Notes under the pieces: generated by a model
Told to the model about the DNA's origin: nothing
What the model saw: only the letters and a program-made list of their open reading frames with translations
Database searches by the model: none
Translations under genes and position numbers: made by a program
Shown here: in pieces, positions 47,348-56,513 of the stretch
Numbering within the stretch: position 1 is the first letter of the stretch
How the letters are laid out: every line of letters starts with the position of its first letter
NCBI GenBank assembly: GCA_002402315.1
Contig: DHFP01000251.1
Span: forward strand, 19,465 to 83,464
Source: Clostridiales bacterium UBA4821
GTDB taxonomy: Bacteria; Bacillota; Clostridia; Acetivibrionales; UBA4821
DNA length: 64,000 nucleotides
Direction: 5' to 3'

Positions 47348-48805
47348 ATGTTGGATTTGATTAAGGAGCGTTTTAACTTTAGCTATGAGACTGATGCAGC
47401 ATCAAGTTACCTGGTGATAAGTCTGAGTCACAGTGAGAAAATAATTAACTACCAGGTTGAAATGATAGCGAATAATTCTGCTGATTCAATACTTCCGCTT
47501 AGTGTCACGCAAAAGGATGACAGGATAAATCTACACTATAATATTACTTCAAAACAGTCCTTATCTCAGTTTCTAAAGAGGAAAAAACTGAAGAGAGACG
47601 AGTTTATAGAATTATTAAAAAATATCACAAGGACTTTCTTAGATAGTAAAAACTACTTTCTATCTGATAAAAACTTTCTTCTGGCAGAAGAATATGTATA
47701 TGTAAATCCTGTGACATTAGAAGCTTCATTGGCTTACTTACCTATATCATTAGAAATAGATTTCTTAATAGTATTCAAGGATTTTATAACCAACTTGATA
47801 ATCAATTCAGCTCATATTGATGAGAATTGTAGTGATAATTTTCTTCAAAGGATTTTAAATCACCTTAAAGCTAATACATTTAACGTAGGGAGCTTTGATA
47901 AGCTCTTAATAGAATTAAGAACAGGAACTGTACCGGAGGCACCTGAGAGGAGTGGTTTCGACCAGAAGCAGGTACAGACAATAAAAAATGCTTCGGAGGA
48001 TTTGAAGATACGGATACCCCGGCAAGTAGGTCAAAAGCCTGGCAAGCAAGAAGAAGTACGGTATAAGTCAAATATCATTCTGATTGCCGCATTATCTCAA
48101 ATATTAATTGTTATAGCAATGGTTATACTGTATCAGACTGTCCTAGTAAAAGAAGGAACAGATTCTTCTTCCGTCTTTGGATTAATTCTAATAGCCGGTG
48201 CAATAGACTTTGTGATATTAAAGAACCTGCTTGATAAAAAAAATATGGAGGTTATTGAGGCAACAGCCATACAAAAGAATAATAAGCTGCCATTAGATTT
48301 TGAAGATAATAGTCCAACACCTGAAGAGATAAGAATTTTTAGTACCGAAGCTCATAATCGGCAAACTAAGCAGGACAAGCTTCTGAATGTCAAAGATTCA
48401 AATTCAGAAAGTTTTAGCGAAACTGCATCAACATTTCAGAACACGGAGGTTATTTGTACCGGTAGGGAAGATGAAACGGCTATTTTAGGCCGTTCTCAGG
48501 AAAGGCATCCATATCTAAAGAGTGTCAAAGATGGTGTTGTGGAGATAATATCCATTACCAAGCCCAGTTTTGTGATAGGAAGGCTAAAAGACCAGGTTGA
48601 TTTTGTATCAAAGAACAATGCCGTAGGTAAGGTTCATGCCGAGATTATCATCCGGGATGGATTATTCTACATCAAAGACTTGAATTCAAGGAACGGAACC
48701 TACATAAATGGTGAAAGGATAAACAGCAATACCGAGTACCGGATAAAGAACCAGGATAAAATCACGTTGGCTAACTGTGAATATATATTTTACGAGGAGG
48801 TATAG
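47348..48805 (+). CDS. membrane protein with a C-terminal FHA domain
   Basis: Two central TM helices. C-terminal FVIGRLKDQVDF...VGKVHAEIIIRDGLFYIKDLNSRNGTYINGERI is an FHA signature (G-R...S-x-x-H...N-G). Confidence 0.8.
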   Translation: MLDLIKERFNFSYETDAASSYLVISLSHSEKIINYQVEMIANNSADSILPLSVTQKDDRINLHYNITSKQSLSQFLKRKKLKRDEFIELLKNITRTFLDSKNYFLSDKNFLLAEEYVYVNPVTLEASLAYLPISLEIDFLIVFKDFITNLIINSAHIDENCSDNFLQRILNHLKANTFNVGSFDKLLIELRTGTVPEAPERSGFDQKQVQTIKNASEDLKIRIPRQVGQKPGKQEEVRYKSNIILIAALSQILIVIAMVILYQTVLVKEGTDSSSVFGLILIAGAIDFVILKNLLDKKNMEVIEATAIQKNNKLPLDFEDNSPTPEEIRIFSTEAHNRQTKQDKLLNVKDSNSESFSETASTFQNTEVICTGREDETAILGRSQERHPYLKSVKDGVVEIISITKPSFVIGRLKDQVDFVSKNNAVGKVHAEIIIRDGLFYIKDLNSRNGTYINGERINSNTEYRIKNQDKITLANCEYIFYEEV

Positions 48806-48807
48806 CA

Positions 48808-49050
48808 GTGGAGCTGGAACACATATTTTTGGCTATAGCAATCCTTACCCTGGCATGTAACATAGTGCTGGTGATCTTCCTGATTAGGAATAGCAGGTTA
48901 AGAAAAACTGAATGTAGAAACATCAGTACTCAGTCAAAACAATTTCCGCCTCGAGTAAATCAGCCTAATAATAGGCGCAATGCCGTAAGTATGGGTAATC
49001 AAGGGATGGAAGAAGTCCCTCCTACAGAAATATTGAGTGGTCAGGATTAA
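48808..49050 (+). CDS. 80-codon single-TM protein
   Basis: GTG 48808 follows GAGGAGG. N-terminal TM. Translationally coupled between the FHA and kinase genes. Confidence 0.5.
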   Translation: MELEHIFLAIAILTLACNIVLVIFLIRNSRLRKTECRNISTQSKQFPPRVNQPNNRRNAVSMGNQGMEEVPPTEILSGQD

Positions 49051-49076
49051 ATAAATAGAGAGTAGTACGGAGGGAT

Positions 49077-51212
49077 ATGTTGTTGGTAGGGAAAATACTT
49101 AACGGGAAATATAGAATAGAAAAGCAGCTTGGCAGAGGCGGCATGGGCTGTGTTTATCTATCTGCAAATATTGAGCTGGGTAACCTATGGGCTATAAAAC
49201 ATATAAGCAGACAGGAGAGCAATTCCAGTTTTCTACTGGCTGAAGAAGAAATTTTAAAGAAGCTGAACCATATAAGCCTGCCTAAAATTATAGATGTATT
49301 TTATGATGAAATGGGAACGTATATAGTTGAAAGTTATATAGAAGGTACAACCCTGGAGGAAAAGTTAAAAGCGGAAGGGTACTTTGCTGAGGATACCGTC
49401 ATAGAATGGGCAAAGCAGTTATGCGAGGTTTTAATATATCTTCATGGTATGGAGCCGCATCCTGTCATATATAGGGATATGAAGCCGTCCAATATAATTA
49501 TAACAAGGGATAACAGGGCGGCAATAATTGATTTCGGCATATCCAGGGAATACAAGGGAGAAACCGCAAAGGACACATTTATTGCCGGTACGTGTACCTA
49601 TGCAGCACCCGAACAGCTTACTGCAGTAGGATATACCGACCAAAGAACAGATATATACAGTCTGGGGGTTACCCTTTACCATTTGTTAACCGGAATGGTC
49701 CCGGAATATAATGTTGTAGGCCTTAGGGTTTGCAACCCGGATATTTCTCCGGAGATGGACTACATTGTCCAGAAATGTATACAGAAGAACCTGGAAGACC
49801 GATATCAGAGTGCAGAAGAACTGAAAGCAGACTTGGATAATATCAGAGAGTTAAAGATTCAAAATAGAAAGGAAGCTTTGCTCAATAAATTCTTAATTGC
49901 AGGTATAGTGGTATCGTCACTTATATCATACTCAATGTCATTTTTGGGGCTTCAGCAAATCAGCAGGGAGAAAACGGTTATTCTTGATATCAACCCCAAG
50001 ATGCTTGTAATGACCGAACAGCAGATCGGCCAAATACTGGTGGAGAAAATATTCAATGATGGTGACAGACAGGGTTTGGATAATGAAAGGGTAACCTGGA
50101 CTTCTTCAAATGAAAAGGTAGCAAAAGTAGAAAATGGTAAGGTTCTGGCAATGAATGCAGGCAAGGCACAGATTACAGGAAGGTTCAAGAATAAAATTGT
50201 TCAGCTGGATGTCAGTGTTAGCGAAAGACTTAATGACTATGTAAACGTAAATCTGAAGTATAATAAGGACTATTATGTAGAAACTTTTGCAGGAAGCGGC
50301 GAGAGGGATACTAAGGATGGAAATCTTCAACAGGCAGGTTTTCTCGAACCAACAAGTATGACTATGACTTCGGATGGCGCCATCTATGTTGTAGACAGCA
50401 GCATAAGAAAGATTCATGGCGGCAGGGTTGAAACCATTAGTATTGAACCTGGCTACATAGAGCCCAAAATTATCAGAAGCAGCCGCAGGGATGGACTGTT
50501 TATAGCCAGCAAGGAATGGATTACTGAGAACGAAGAGTACAAAATAGGCATTTTTAAGCTTGGCAGGAATAGTGTGGAATCAATATATGAAGACAATGGA
50601 GAGATGTTTTCATTCGAAGATTTTGCATTTGACAGCTCGGGCAGCGCATATGTATTGGAGAGGGATTTAATTAATGAAGTATTCAGATTAATAAAAATAG
50701 ACCCCGGCAACAGAACAAACGAGGTATTAAAGGAGGACCTGGATGGAGTGGACTGTATTACAATAAATAAGGACAATGAGATTTATTTGTCAAACGGCAA
50801 GTACGGAACCATCTATAGATGGGAAAATAATAAGAAGAATGTTGTGTATATTGCCGGACTATACAATCAAAAACACTTCATTGACGGAAAAGATAACAGG
50901 TTTTTTTCACCAGGCAGGATATATGCAAGTGAATCAAGTATATATGTGATTGACCATGATGTAATCCGCAAGTTAAATATAATTCAGGGAAGGGTGGTAG
51001 AGACAGAAACAATTGCCGGACAAGTCTCTGACCGGAATCAGGGTATTTTAGACGGGACAGGGATTGAAGCTGCTTTTGGAGCAGATGCCAATAACGATAT
51101 TATCGTAGACGGCAATGGAAATATCTATATCTCAGACACGGATAATAGTGTCATTAGAAAGATTTACAGGAAAGAGAACGAGCCAACCCTTATCAGAACA
51201 GGAGGAAGATGA
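49077..51212 (+). CDS. Hanks-type Ser/Thr protein kinase with an extracytoplasmic Big_2-like plus NHL/beta-propeller-like sensor
   Basis: GRGGMGCVY, AIK, YRDMKPSNIII, DFGISRE and YAAPEQ. TM near residue 275. VTWTSSNEKVAKVENGKV...AGKAQITG is Big_2-like. Repeats of the ...IYVVDS..IRKI... type follow. Confidence 0.85.
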   Translation: MLLVGKILNGKYRIEKQLGRGGMGCVYLSANIELGNLWAIKHISRQESNSSFLLAEEEILKKLNHISLPKIIDVFYDEMGTYIVESYIEGTTLEEKLKAEGYFAEDTVIEWAKQLCEVLIYLHGMEPHPVIYRDMKPSNIIITRDNRAAIIDFGISREYKGETAKDTFIAGTCTYAAPEQLTAVGYTDQRTDIYSLGVTLYHLLTGMVPEYNVVGLRVCNPDISPEMDYIVQKCIQKNLEDRYQSAEELKADLDNIRELKIQNRKEALLNKFLIAGIVVSSLISYSMSFLGLQQISREKTVILDINPKMLVMTEQQIGQILVEKIFNDGDRQGLDNERVTWTSSNEKVAKVENGKVLAMNAGKAQITGRFKNKIVQLDVSVSERLNDYVNVNLKYNKDYYVETFAGSGERDTKDGNLQQAGFLEPTSMTMTSDGAIYVVDSSIRKIHGGRVETISIEPGYIEPKIIRSSRRDGLFIASKEWITENEEYKIGIFKLGRNSVESIYEDNGEMFSFEDFAFDSSGSAYVLERDLINEVFRLIKIDPGNRTNEVLKEDLDGVDCITINKDNEIYLSNGKYGTIYRWENNKKNVVYIAGLYNQKHFIDGKDNRFFSPGRIYASESSIYVIDHDVIRKLNIIQGRVVETETIAGQVSDRNQGILDGTGIEAAFGADANNDIIVDGNGNIYISDTDNSVIRKIYRKENEPTLIRTGGR

Positions 51213-51739
51213 AAATAGATATTAAGTTTATTGAAGTTATCGTACTGGTGCTGTTAGCTTTAATTAGTGATATCAAGACATTTAAAATAAAAAACATAAT
51301 TATCCTTCCGTTTATTCTAATAGGGCTAATAACTAATACAGTTATGGATGGGATGGCAGGACTGGTTCTCTCCTTGCAAGGTATTTTTGTACCAATACTT
51401 CTGCTTGGATTGTTTTTTATACTGAGAATGCTTGGGGCAGGTGATATAAAGCTGTTTAGCGCCATTGGAGCTATAACTGGAATGGAGTCAGTGGCGTATA
51501 CCATTATCTATTCATTTCTGGCCGGAGGTGTAATTGCGCTGACTATTATGATTATGAATAAGAATGGCAGAAAGAGGTTTGCTTACTTGCTGAACTATTT
51601 TAAGAGCTGTATCTTAACGCTGTCACTGCTTCCCTACACTGATTTTCAAGACAAAAGTGATGGTGCGAAGTTCCGTTTCACTTATGCTATAGCCTGCGGA
51701 GTTATACTTCAATTGCTTTGGATGCCGCCCTTCTGGTAA
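51209..51739 (+). CDS. second A24-family prepilin peptidase
   Basis: ATGA overlap with the kinase gene. ISDIKTFKIKN and GAGDIKLFSAIG motifs. Polytopic. Confidence 0.75.
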   Translation: MKIDIKFIEVIVLVLLALISDIKTFKIKNIIILPFILIGLITNTVMDGMAGLVLSLQGIFVPILLLGLFFILRMLGAGDIKLFSAIGAITGMESVAYTIIYSFLAGGVIALTIMIMNKNGRKRFAYLLNYFKSCILTLSLLPYTDFQDKSDGAKFRFTYAIACGVILQLLWMPPFW

Positions 51740-51746
51740 TACTTTG

Positions 51747-51902
51747 TTACTCAGGAAAATAATATCTTCCGGCTAGTTTCAAATAGCACCGGAAAAGTGC
51801 CTTAAGGGGAAACATCTCTAAGGTAGTCTAACGGCATTTTCCTCAGATGTATTCCTTGAGGGTCAAATGAAACTATCCTCCAGAAATTATTTTCTTTGGT
51901 AA
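51747..51902 (+). promoter_or_regulatory. structured leader RNA candidate upstream of the SLH-protein gene
   Basis: A ~21-bp closing helix (51747-51767 with 51882-902) encloses GGAAAAGTGCC/GGCATTTTCC, CCTTA/TAAGG and CCTCA/TGAGG helices. Confidence 0.4.
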
Positions 51903-51945
51903 ACTCGTACATTCTAATAAAGTTTCGTCTAAAGGAGTGAAAATC

Positions 51946-54288
51946 TTGAAAAAATTAATTGCAACATTTATTTTTACATTGCTTGCATTCAATTTCATAA
52001 TTGTATGCCATGCCCAGAATATAACCATCAGTTTAAGTGCCGGAGAGAGCTATGAATTTACGAATACTGGCCGGATTGAAAGTACAATCCAGACAAGTAA
52101 TCCTTATTTATCAAATTCAGTATACGACTATGCAATTTATAACCAGGATGGTTCGGTACATGAAACCGGTATGCTTAAAAGTCAATTAGGTATTTACAAA
52201 GTTCCGGCTGGAGGCCGTATGGTAATAACGGTAATTTCATCCTCAAAACCTATGGAATTCTGGGGTTCAGACCAGTCCTTAACCGGCAAGCCGGCTGATG
52301 AACCGGCATTGCATAGGATAACCCTGAAACCTGGAGAGAACTATGAGTTTTCGAACAATGGAACAGCGGAAGACTCACTTGAAGTTGTAGGAGATGATAA
52401 CAACCTCATTAGTTATGATTATGCTGTTTATAACAAAGATGGCACGGTATACCACAGCAGTATTTCAGTCAGCTATAACACAAGTATTAAAGTACCGGCT
52501 GGCGGACGGGTGGTTATAACGGCTGCCTTAACATCAAAGCCTGTCAGCTTTGGCGGAGCCGGTCAATTTTTTTCCGGGAGTTTTAGCGTAAATCTGGCGC
52601 TGTACAGGGTAACGATGAAGGCCGGAGAAAGCTGCGAATTTCTGAACAGCGGCCTTCAGAAAAACACTATTGAGACGTATACGGCCAACCCTAGTCTAGC
52701 AGAATATAGTTTTAAAGTTTATGACCAAGATGGAAAGCTTTATTATGATAGCAATGTACCGATTAATTACGAGACAAGCATTAAAGTCCCACCGGGGGGA
52801 AGATTGGCAGCAGCAGTATCATCATCCTCAAGCCCGGTAGAATTTGGGGGATGTTTTGAATTTTTTAACCCGGCAGGAACAATGGTAGATTCAAATGAGT
52901 TAAAGCAGATTTTTCAGTATGAGAATATTGAAAAGGCAGATAGCACTACTGATGTTTTAAGTGCAGTATCGGAAGCCTATTCAAAGTTATCCGGACAGTT
53001 GAAACAGAATGATGATGTAAAGGAAAAAAGCCTGCAGTTTGGAGAATATGCAATTGAGAAAATAGCAACAAGAGAAATAGCCGGACAGGATGAAATTTTA
53101 CAAATAAACTACGATACAATTAAAGAACAGCTTAAAGAGGCAGAAACAGCAGCCGGGAAGGTTGAAGAACTTTTGAAACAGAATAAAATCGATACTAACA
53201 GAGAACTGGAGTTAAGTATAAAACTCAAAGCAGTTGGGGTGGAGAAAGACTTTGCGGCAGCAGTACAAAAGGATTTGGTAAAGGGTTTGGGTATCTTACA
53301 CAATATAAGAGTTGATAACGGAGAAGTGATAGTAACACTGCCGGTTAAAAATATTGAGAAGGAAATAGGTACCAGCAGCGGCCTGACCATTGAGGTAAAT
53401 AAGGAGACCAGAGCAGTTAAAAGTATTATCAGCCATAGAGGAGCTTCAGGGATAAGTATGAAGAATATGGCTTACTCGGATATTTCTTCTGTTGAATCAC
53501 CGGTTTACCGGATTGGGCTAAAACAAGGTGAAAAAACGGTTAGCAAGCTTAACAGCAATATCAAGCTTGCGTTTCCCATAGCAGAAGAAGATCCGGAGTA
53601 TAACTGCGTATTCATTGTTGAGGGAGAAGGCAGTCAGATTGCAGAACCTGTTGGTGGAAAATATGTTCAGGTAACCGGAAAAATTGAGATTGAGTCAAAA
53701 AGTGCCGGGAGATACTACGTTAAGGAAAACAGGAAGACTTTTAAAGATATAGGCTCAAAGGATGCAATGATGAAAAAAGCCATAGAGGTAATGGCTTCAA
53801 AGGGGATAATCAGTGGAAAAGATGAGAACAATTTTGACCCTGACGGAGTGGTTAGCCGTGCTGAGCTTGTAAAACTGATAGTGCGAACTCTTTATTCCAT
53901 GGATAAGGATGCAAAAGCTGATTTTAAGGATGTACCCGATAAAGCCTGGTATTATCCATATGTCGCATCTTCTAAAAAGGAGGGTCTGGTTAACGGGTAT
54001 CCGGATAATACTTTCAGGGGTAAAAATACTATAACTAAAGAGGAAATTATAAAGGTTTGTGCAGCTTCCCTGCAAGGAAAGAAAAGATATAAGCATCCGG
54101 AGAATGAAGGTAAGTATATAGTTTTTAAGGACAATACCTCAGTACCTGATTGGGTAAGGAAATACCTGGCATTAGCTGTCAGGGAGGGCTTGATTATTAG
54201 AAGGGCAGACGGCAACTTTCAAGGTAGTAAGCCTATGACCAGGGGAGAAACCGCACTTATCTTATACAGGTTATTTGAAAAAATGTAG
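51946..54288 (+). CDS. S-layer-homology (SLH) anchored surface protein with three N-terminal tandem repeats
   Basis: Signal peptide. Three ~97-aa repeats (52021-52878). Three C-terminal SLH motifs (FKDIGSKDAMMKKAIEVMASKGIISG, FKDVPDKAWYYPYVASSKKEGLVNGY, FKDNTSVPDWVRKYLALAVREGLI). TTG 51946 lies 8 nt after AAAGGAG. Confidence 0.85.
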   Translation: MKKLIATFIFTLLAFNFIIVCHAQNITISLSAGESYEFTNTGRIESTIQTSNPYLSNSVYDYAIYNQDGSVHETGMLKSQLGIYKVPAGGRMVITVISSSKPMEFWGSDQSLTGKPADEPALHRITLKPGENYEFSNNGTAEDSLEVVGDDNNLISYDYAVYNKDGTVYHSSISVSYNTSIKVPAGGRVVITAALTSKPVSFGGAGQFFSGSFSVNLALYRVTMKAGESCEFLNSGLQKNTIETYTANPSLAEYSFKVYDQDGKLYYDSNVPINYETSIKVPPGGRLAAAVSSSSSPVEFGGCFEFFNPAGTMVDSNELKQIFQYENIEKADSTTDVLSAVSEAYSKLSGQLKQNDDVKEKSLQFGEYAIEKIATREIAGQDEILQINYDTIKEQLKEAETAAGKVEELLKQNKIDTNRELELSIKLKAVGVEKDFAAAVQKDLVKGLGILHNIRVDNGEVIVTLPVKNIEKEIGTSSGLTIEVNKETRAVKSIISHRGASGISMKNMAYSDISSVESPVYRIGLKQGEKTVSKLNSNIKLAFPIAEEDPEYNCVFIVEGEGSQIAEPVGGKYVQVTGKIEIESKSAGRYYVKENRKTFKDIGSKDAMMKKAIEVMASKGIISGKDENNFDPDGVVSRAELVKLIVRTLYSMDKDAKADFKDVPDKAWYYPYVASSKKEGLVNGYPDNTFRGKNTITKEEIIKVCAASLQGKKRYKHPENEGKYIVFKDNTSVPDWVRKYLALAVREGLIIRRADGNFQGSKPMTRGETALILYRLFEKM

Positions 54289-54315
54289 GCAATCTTATAT
54301 TCTTTATGTTACGCT

Positions 54316-55205
54316 TCAGGGGCTTAGGCCTGAAATGGCGAACTTCTCAAAAGATAAAGCATCATGATAAAAGATTTTATCCTTATTTTTAAAGAACCTG
54401 AAAAACCGCAGTTTTTCATCTTCCTTTTCCTGATTTTTCTTACCGTCATGATAGTTAATGATATGTATTTCGGGTGTAGTTCCCTGAAACATTTCAGCCC
54501 TTTTTAACAAATACTTTATATGCATGTCGGCGTCAGGTAAGGAATAACCGCAAACCAATATCTTCGGCACATTTCTAAGAAGCTTGTCAGCTTTCAAAAA
54601 TATCTTTTTGAACAGTATAACCAATTTAGAGAACCATGTATTTTTAATAGTAAAATTGAACTTTTATCTGAGCTATTGATATCATCCATTGTTTTATTAA
54701 AGTAGTTAATAAAATCTATTCCATAATCAATATATTCATAGCCGTACTGGTTAATAAAAACATTATCAATAACAATATCATAATTTAAACTCACAAAGGC
54801 AGTTTTATCAAGTTTATTTTCAGTCCTTAATCTTTCTGCCAGATTTGCATGATGGGAGACCTTATTTTTTAGACTTTCATCCAGGACTTTTGCTATGAGA
54901 AAGACCAAACCGTCCCGGATTTTATTTATTTTTTCATCAGAGTAACCTTTTAGAGTTTCTCCGCGGGAGTAAGCCCAATCTAATGTTCCAAGACATTCTT
55001 CAAATGTAGGAAAGTTAATGCCCGGGATTTGGTAATTGCTTTCGTCCATTCCCCAGAAGTCTTTAAAGAAATCTATTATCAATTTGTCGCGATCCTTCAT
55101 TAAATAATATTTAAAGAACTTTTTAAACAGTTCATTTTGCAAAGGCATTCCTTCGCTTTTTGATGCACCGGCACCCAGTATAATTATCTGCTCAACTTGG
55201 TTCAT
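54316..55205 (-). pseudogene. SIR2-like (SIR2_2 type) protein, frameshifted
   Basis: ORF 54594-55205 (IILGAGASKSEGMP...LLKIHGSLNW) and ORF 54316-54624 (...ILVCGYSLPDADMHIKYLL) together make one SIR2_2-type protein. The frames overlap around CAAAAAG/ATATTTTT at 54596-54620. Confidence 0.65.
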
Positions 55206-55406
55206 TTAATTACCCCGGTTCTGTAATAATTTTTCTAGAACAACTAAAGAGTATCCAGTTAATCTTTAATATGATTATTTCAAGTATATATAGGAATATG
55301 CATTAAAAGTTGAAAAAAAGATAAGGGTAATCTATACTTGAGATAGTGCGCTGAATGGGGACGCGCCTCTTTCACTGTCCCCAAGTCTTGAGAATAGGAG
55401 ATGCTT

Positions 55407-55865
55407 ATGAAGATTTTAGTTGATGCCGATGCATGCCCTGTTAAAGGCATAATCGTTAATGTGGCCAAAGAGTACGGCATACCGGTCATGATGTTCATAG
55501 ATACAAGCCATATCCTTAATGATGACTATTCTGAAGTAATAGTGGTAGATAAGGCAAGAGATTCTGTAGATATTGCACTGGTGAACAGAGTTAAAAGTGG
55601 AGATATAGTAGTTACACAGGATTATGGACTTGCAGCAATGGTACTTGCCAAGGGGGCTGTTGCCATAAATCAAAATGGTCTGATATATAGTAAAGACAAT
55701 ATTGACAGGCTTTTATTCGAGAGACATTTATCACAGAAGATAAGACGAGATGGAGGAAAGGCTTCATATATAGGCAAACGGTTAAAAGAATATGATGAAA
55801 AATTTGAAAAGACTCTGAGAAGATTATGTTCAGACGAAGTTATTGATGACAATGGAAAAATATGA
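55407..55865 (+). CDS. yaiI: YaiI/YqxD family protein (UPF0178/DUF188)
   Basis: MKILVDADACPV N-terminus is characteristic. ATG 55407 lies 7 nt after AGGAG. Confidence 0.8.
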   Translation: MKILVDADACPVKGIIVNVAKEYGIPVMMFIDTSHILNDDYSEVIVVDKARDSVDIALVNRVKSGDIVVTQDYGLAAMVLAKGAVAINQNGLIYSKDNIDRLLFERHLSQKIRRDGGKASYIGKRLKEYDEKFEKTLRRLCSDEVIDDNGKI

Positions 55866-55916
55866 TATAATAAAATAGGTAGCAGTACAAAATTTATATG
55901 AAGAAGGTGGTTCCAG

Positions 55917-56375
55917 ATGGCTTTTAACCAAATTATAATTTTTAAAGTTCAAAACAGCCTACTGGGTCTCGACATAAGGGATGTAAATGAAATAATCCGA
56001 TACCAACCGCCATCAGAAGTACCTGATGTACCTGACTATTGGGAAGGGATTATTAATCTTAGAAGCAGTGTTATTGCTATAGCCAATTTGGCGAAACGTC
56101 TAAAATTGAGTTGCTCTGAGGTAAATGATCATACAAAGATTATAGTAGTTAAGCTGTCCAGCGGCCAATCACTTGGTCTAGTAGTTGATGAAGTTGTAGG
56201 AATATATAATGCCAAAGAAGAAGAAATTGAAGAAGTGCCCAAATACCTGAAAGGTAACAGCTCAGGGTGCTATAAATGTGTATTGAAGAATGAAAATAGA
56301 CTTGTTATTGTACTGGATTATACTAACATTCTATCAGAGAAAGAGCATAAAAAAATCAAAGAAATAGCTGCATAA
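55917..56375 (+). CDS. cheW: CheW-like chemotaxis coupling protein
   Basis: Single CheW domain (...LLGLDIRDVNEIIR...PDYWEGIINLRSSVIAIANLAKRL...). Confidence 0.8.
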   Translation: MAFNQIIIFKVQNSLLGLDIRDVNEIIRYQPPSEVPDVPDYWEGIINLRSSVIAIANLAKRLKLSCSEVNDHTKIIVVKLSSGQSLGLVVDEVVGIYNAKEEEIEEVPKYLKGNSSGCYKCVLKNENRLVIVLDYTNILSEKEHKKIKEIAA

Positions 56376-56400
56376 GAAGTTGCAGGTAAAATAGAGCAAG

Positions 56401-56444
56401 AAGACCTTAAGTCTTTACTGACATAAGGTCTTTAATTATTTTAT
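56401..56444 (+). terminator. intrinsic terminator after cheW
   Basis: AAGACCTTA...TAAGGTCTT stem followed by TAATTATTTTAT. Confidence 0.65.
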
Positions 56445-56513
56445 ATATGATTAAATGCTAAGTATAATATTTAATACTCTGAGAAGAATAACAATAAAAT
56501 CAAAAACAAAGGA

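Noticed and set aside
55337-55393. GC-rich hairpin (GGGGAC...GTCCCC, 55357-55382) flanked by CTTGAGA direct repeats upstream of yaiI, considered as a small riboswitch.
   Set aside because: I could not match it to any riboswitch class from memory. The stem is short (6 bp). It may just be a leader or promoter-proximal structure.
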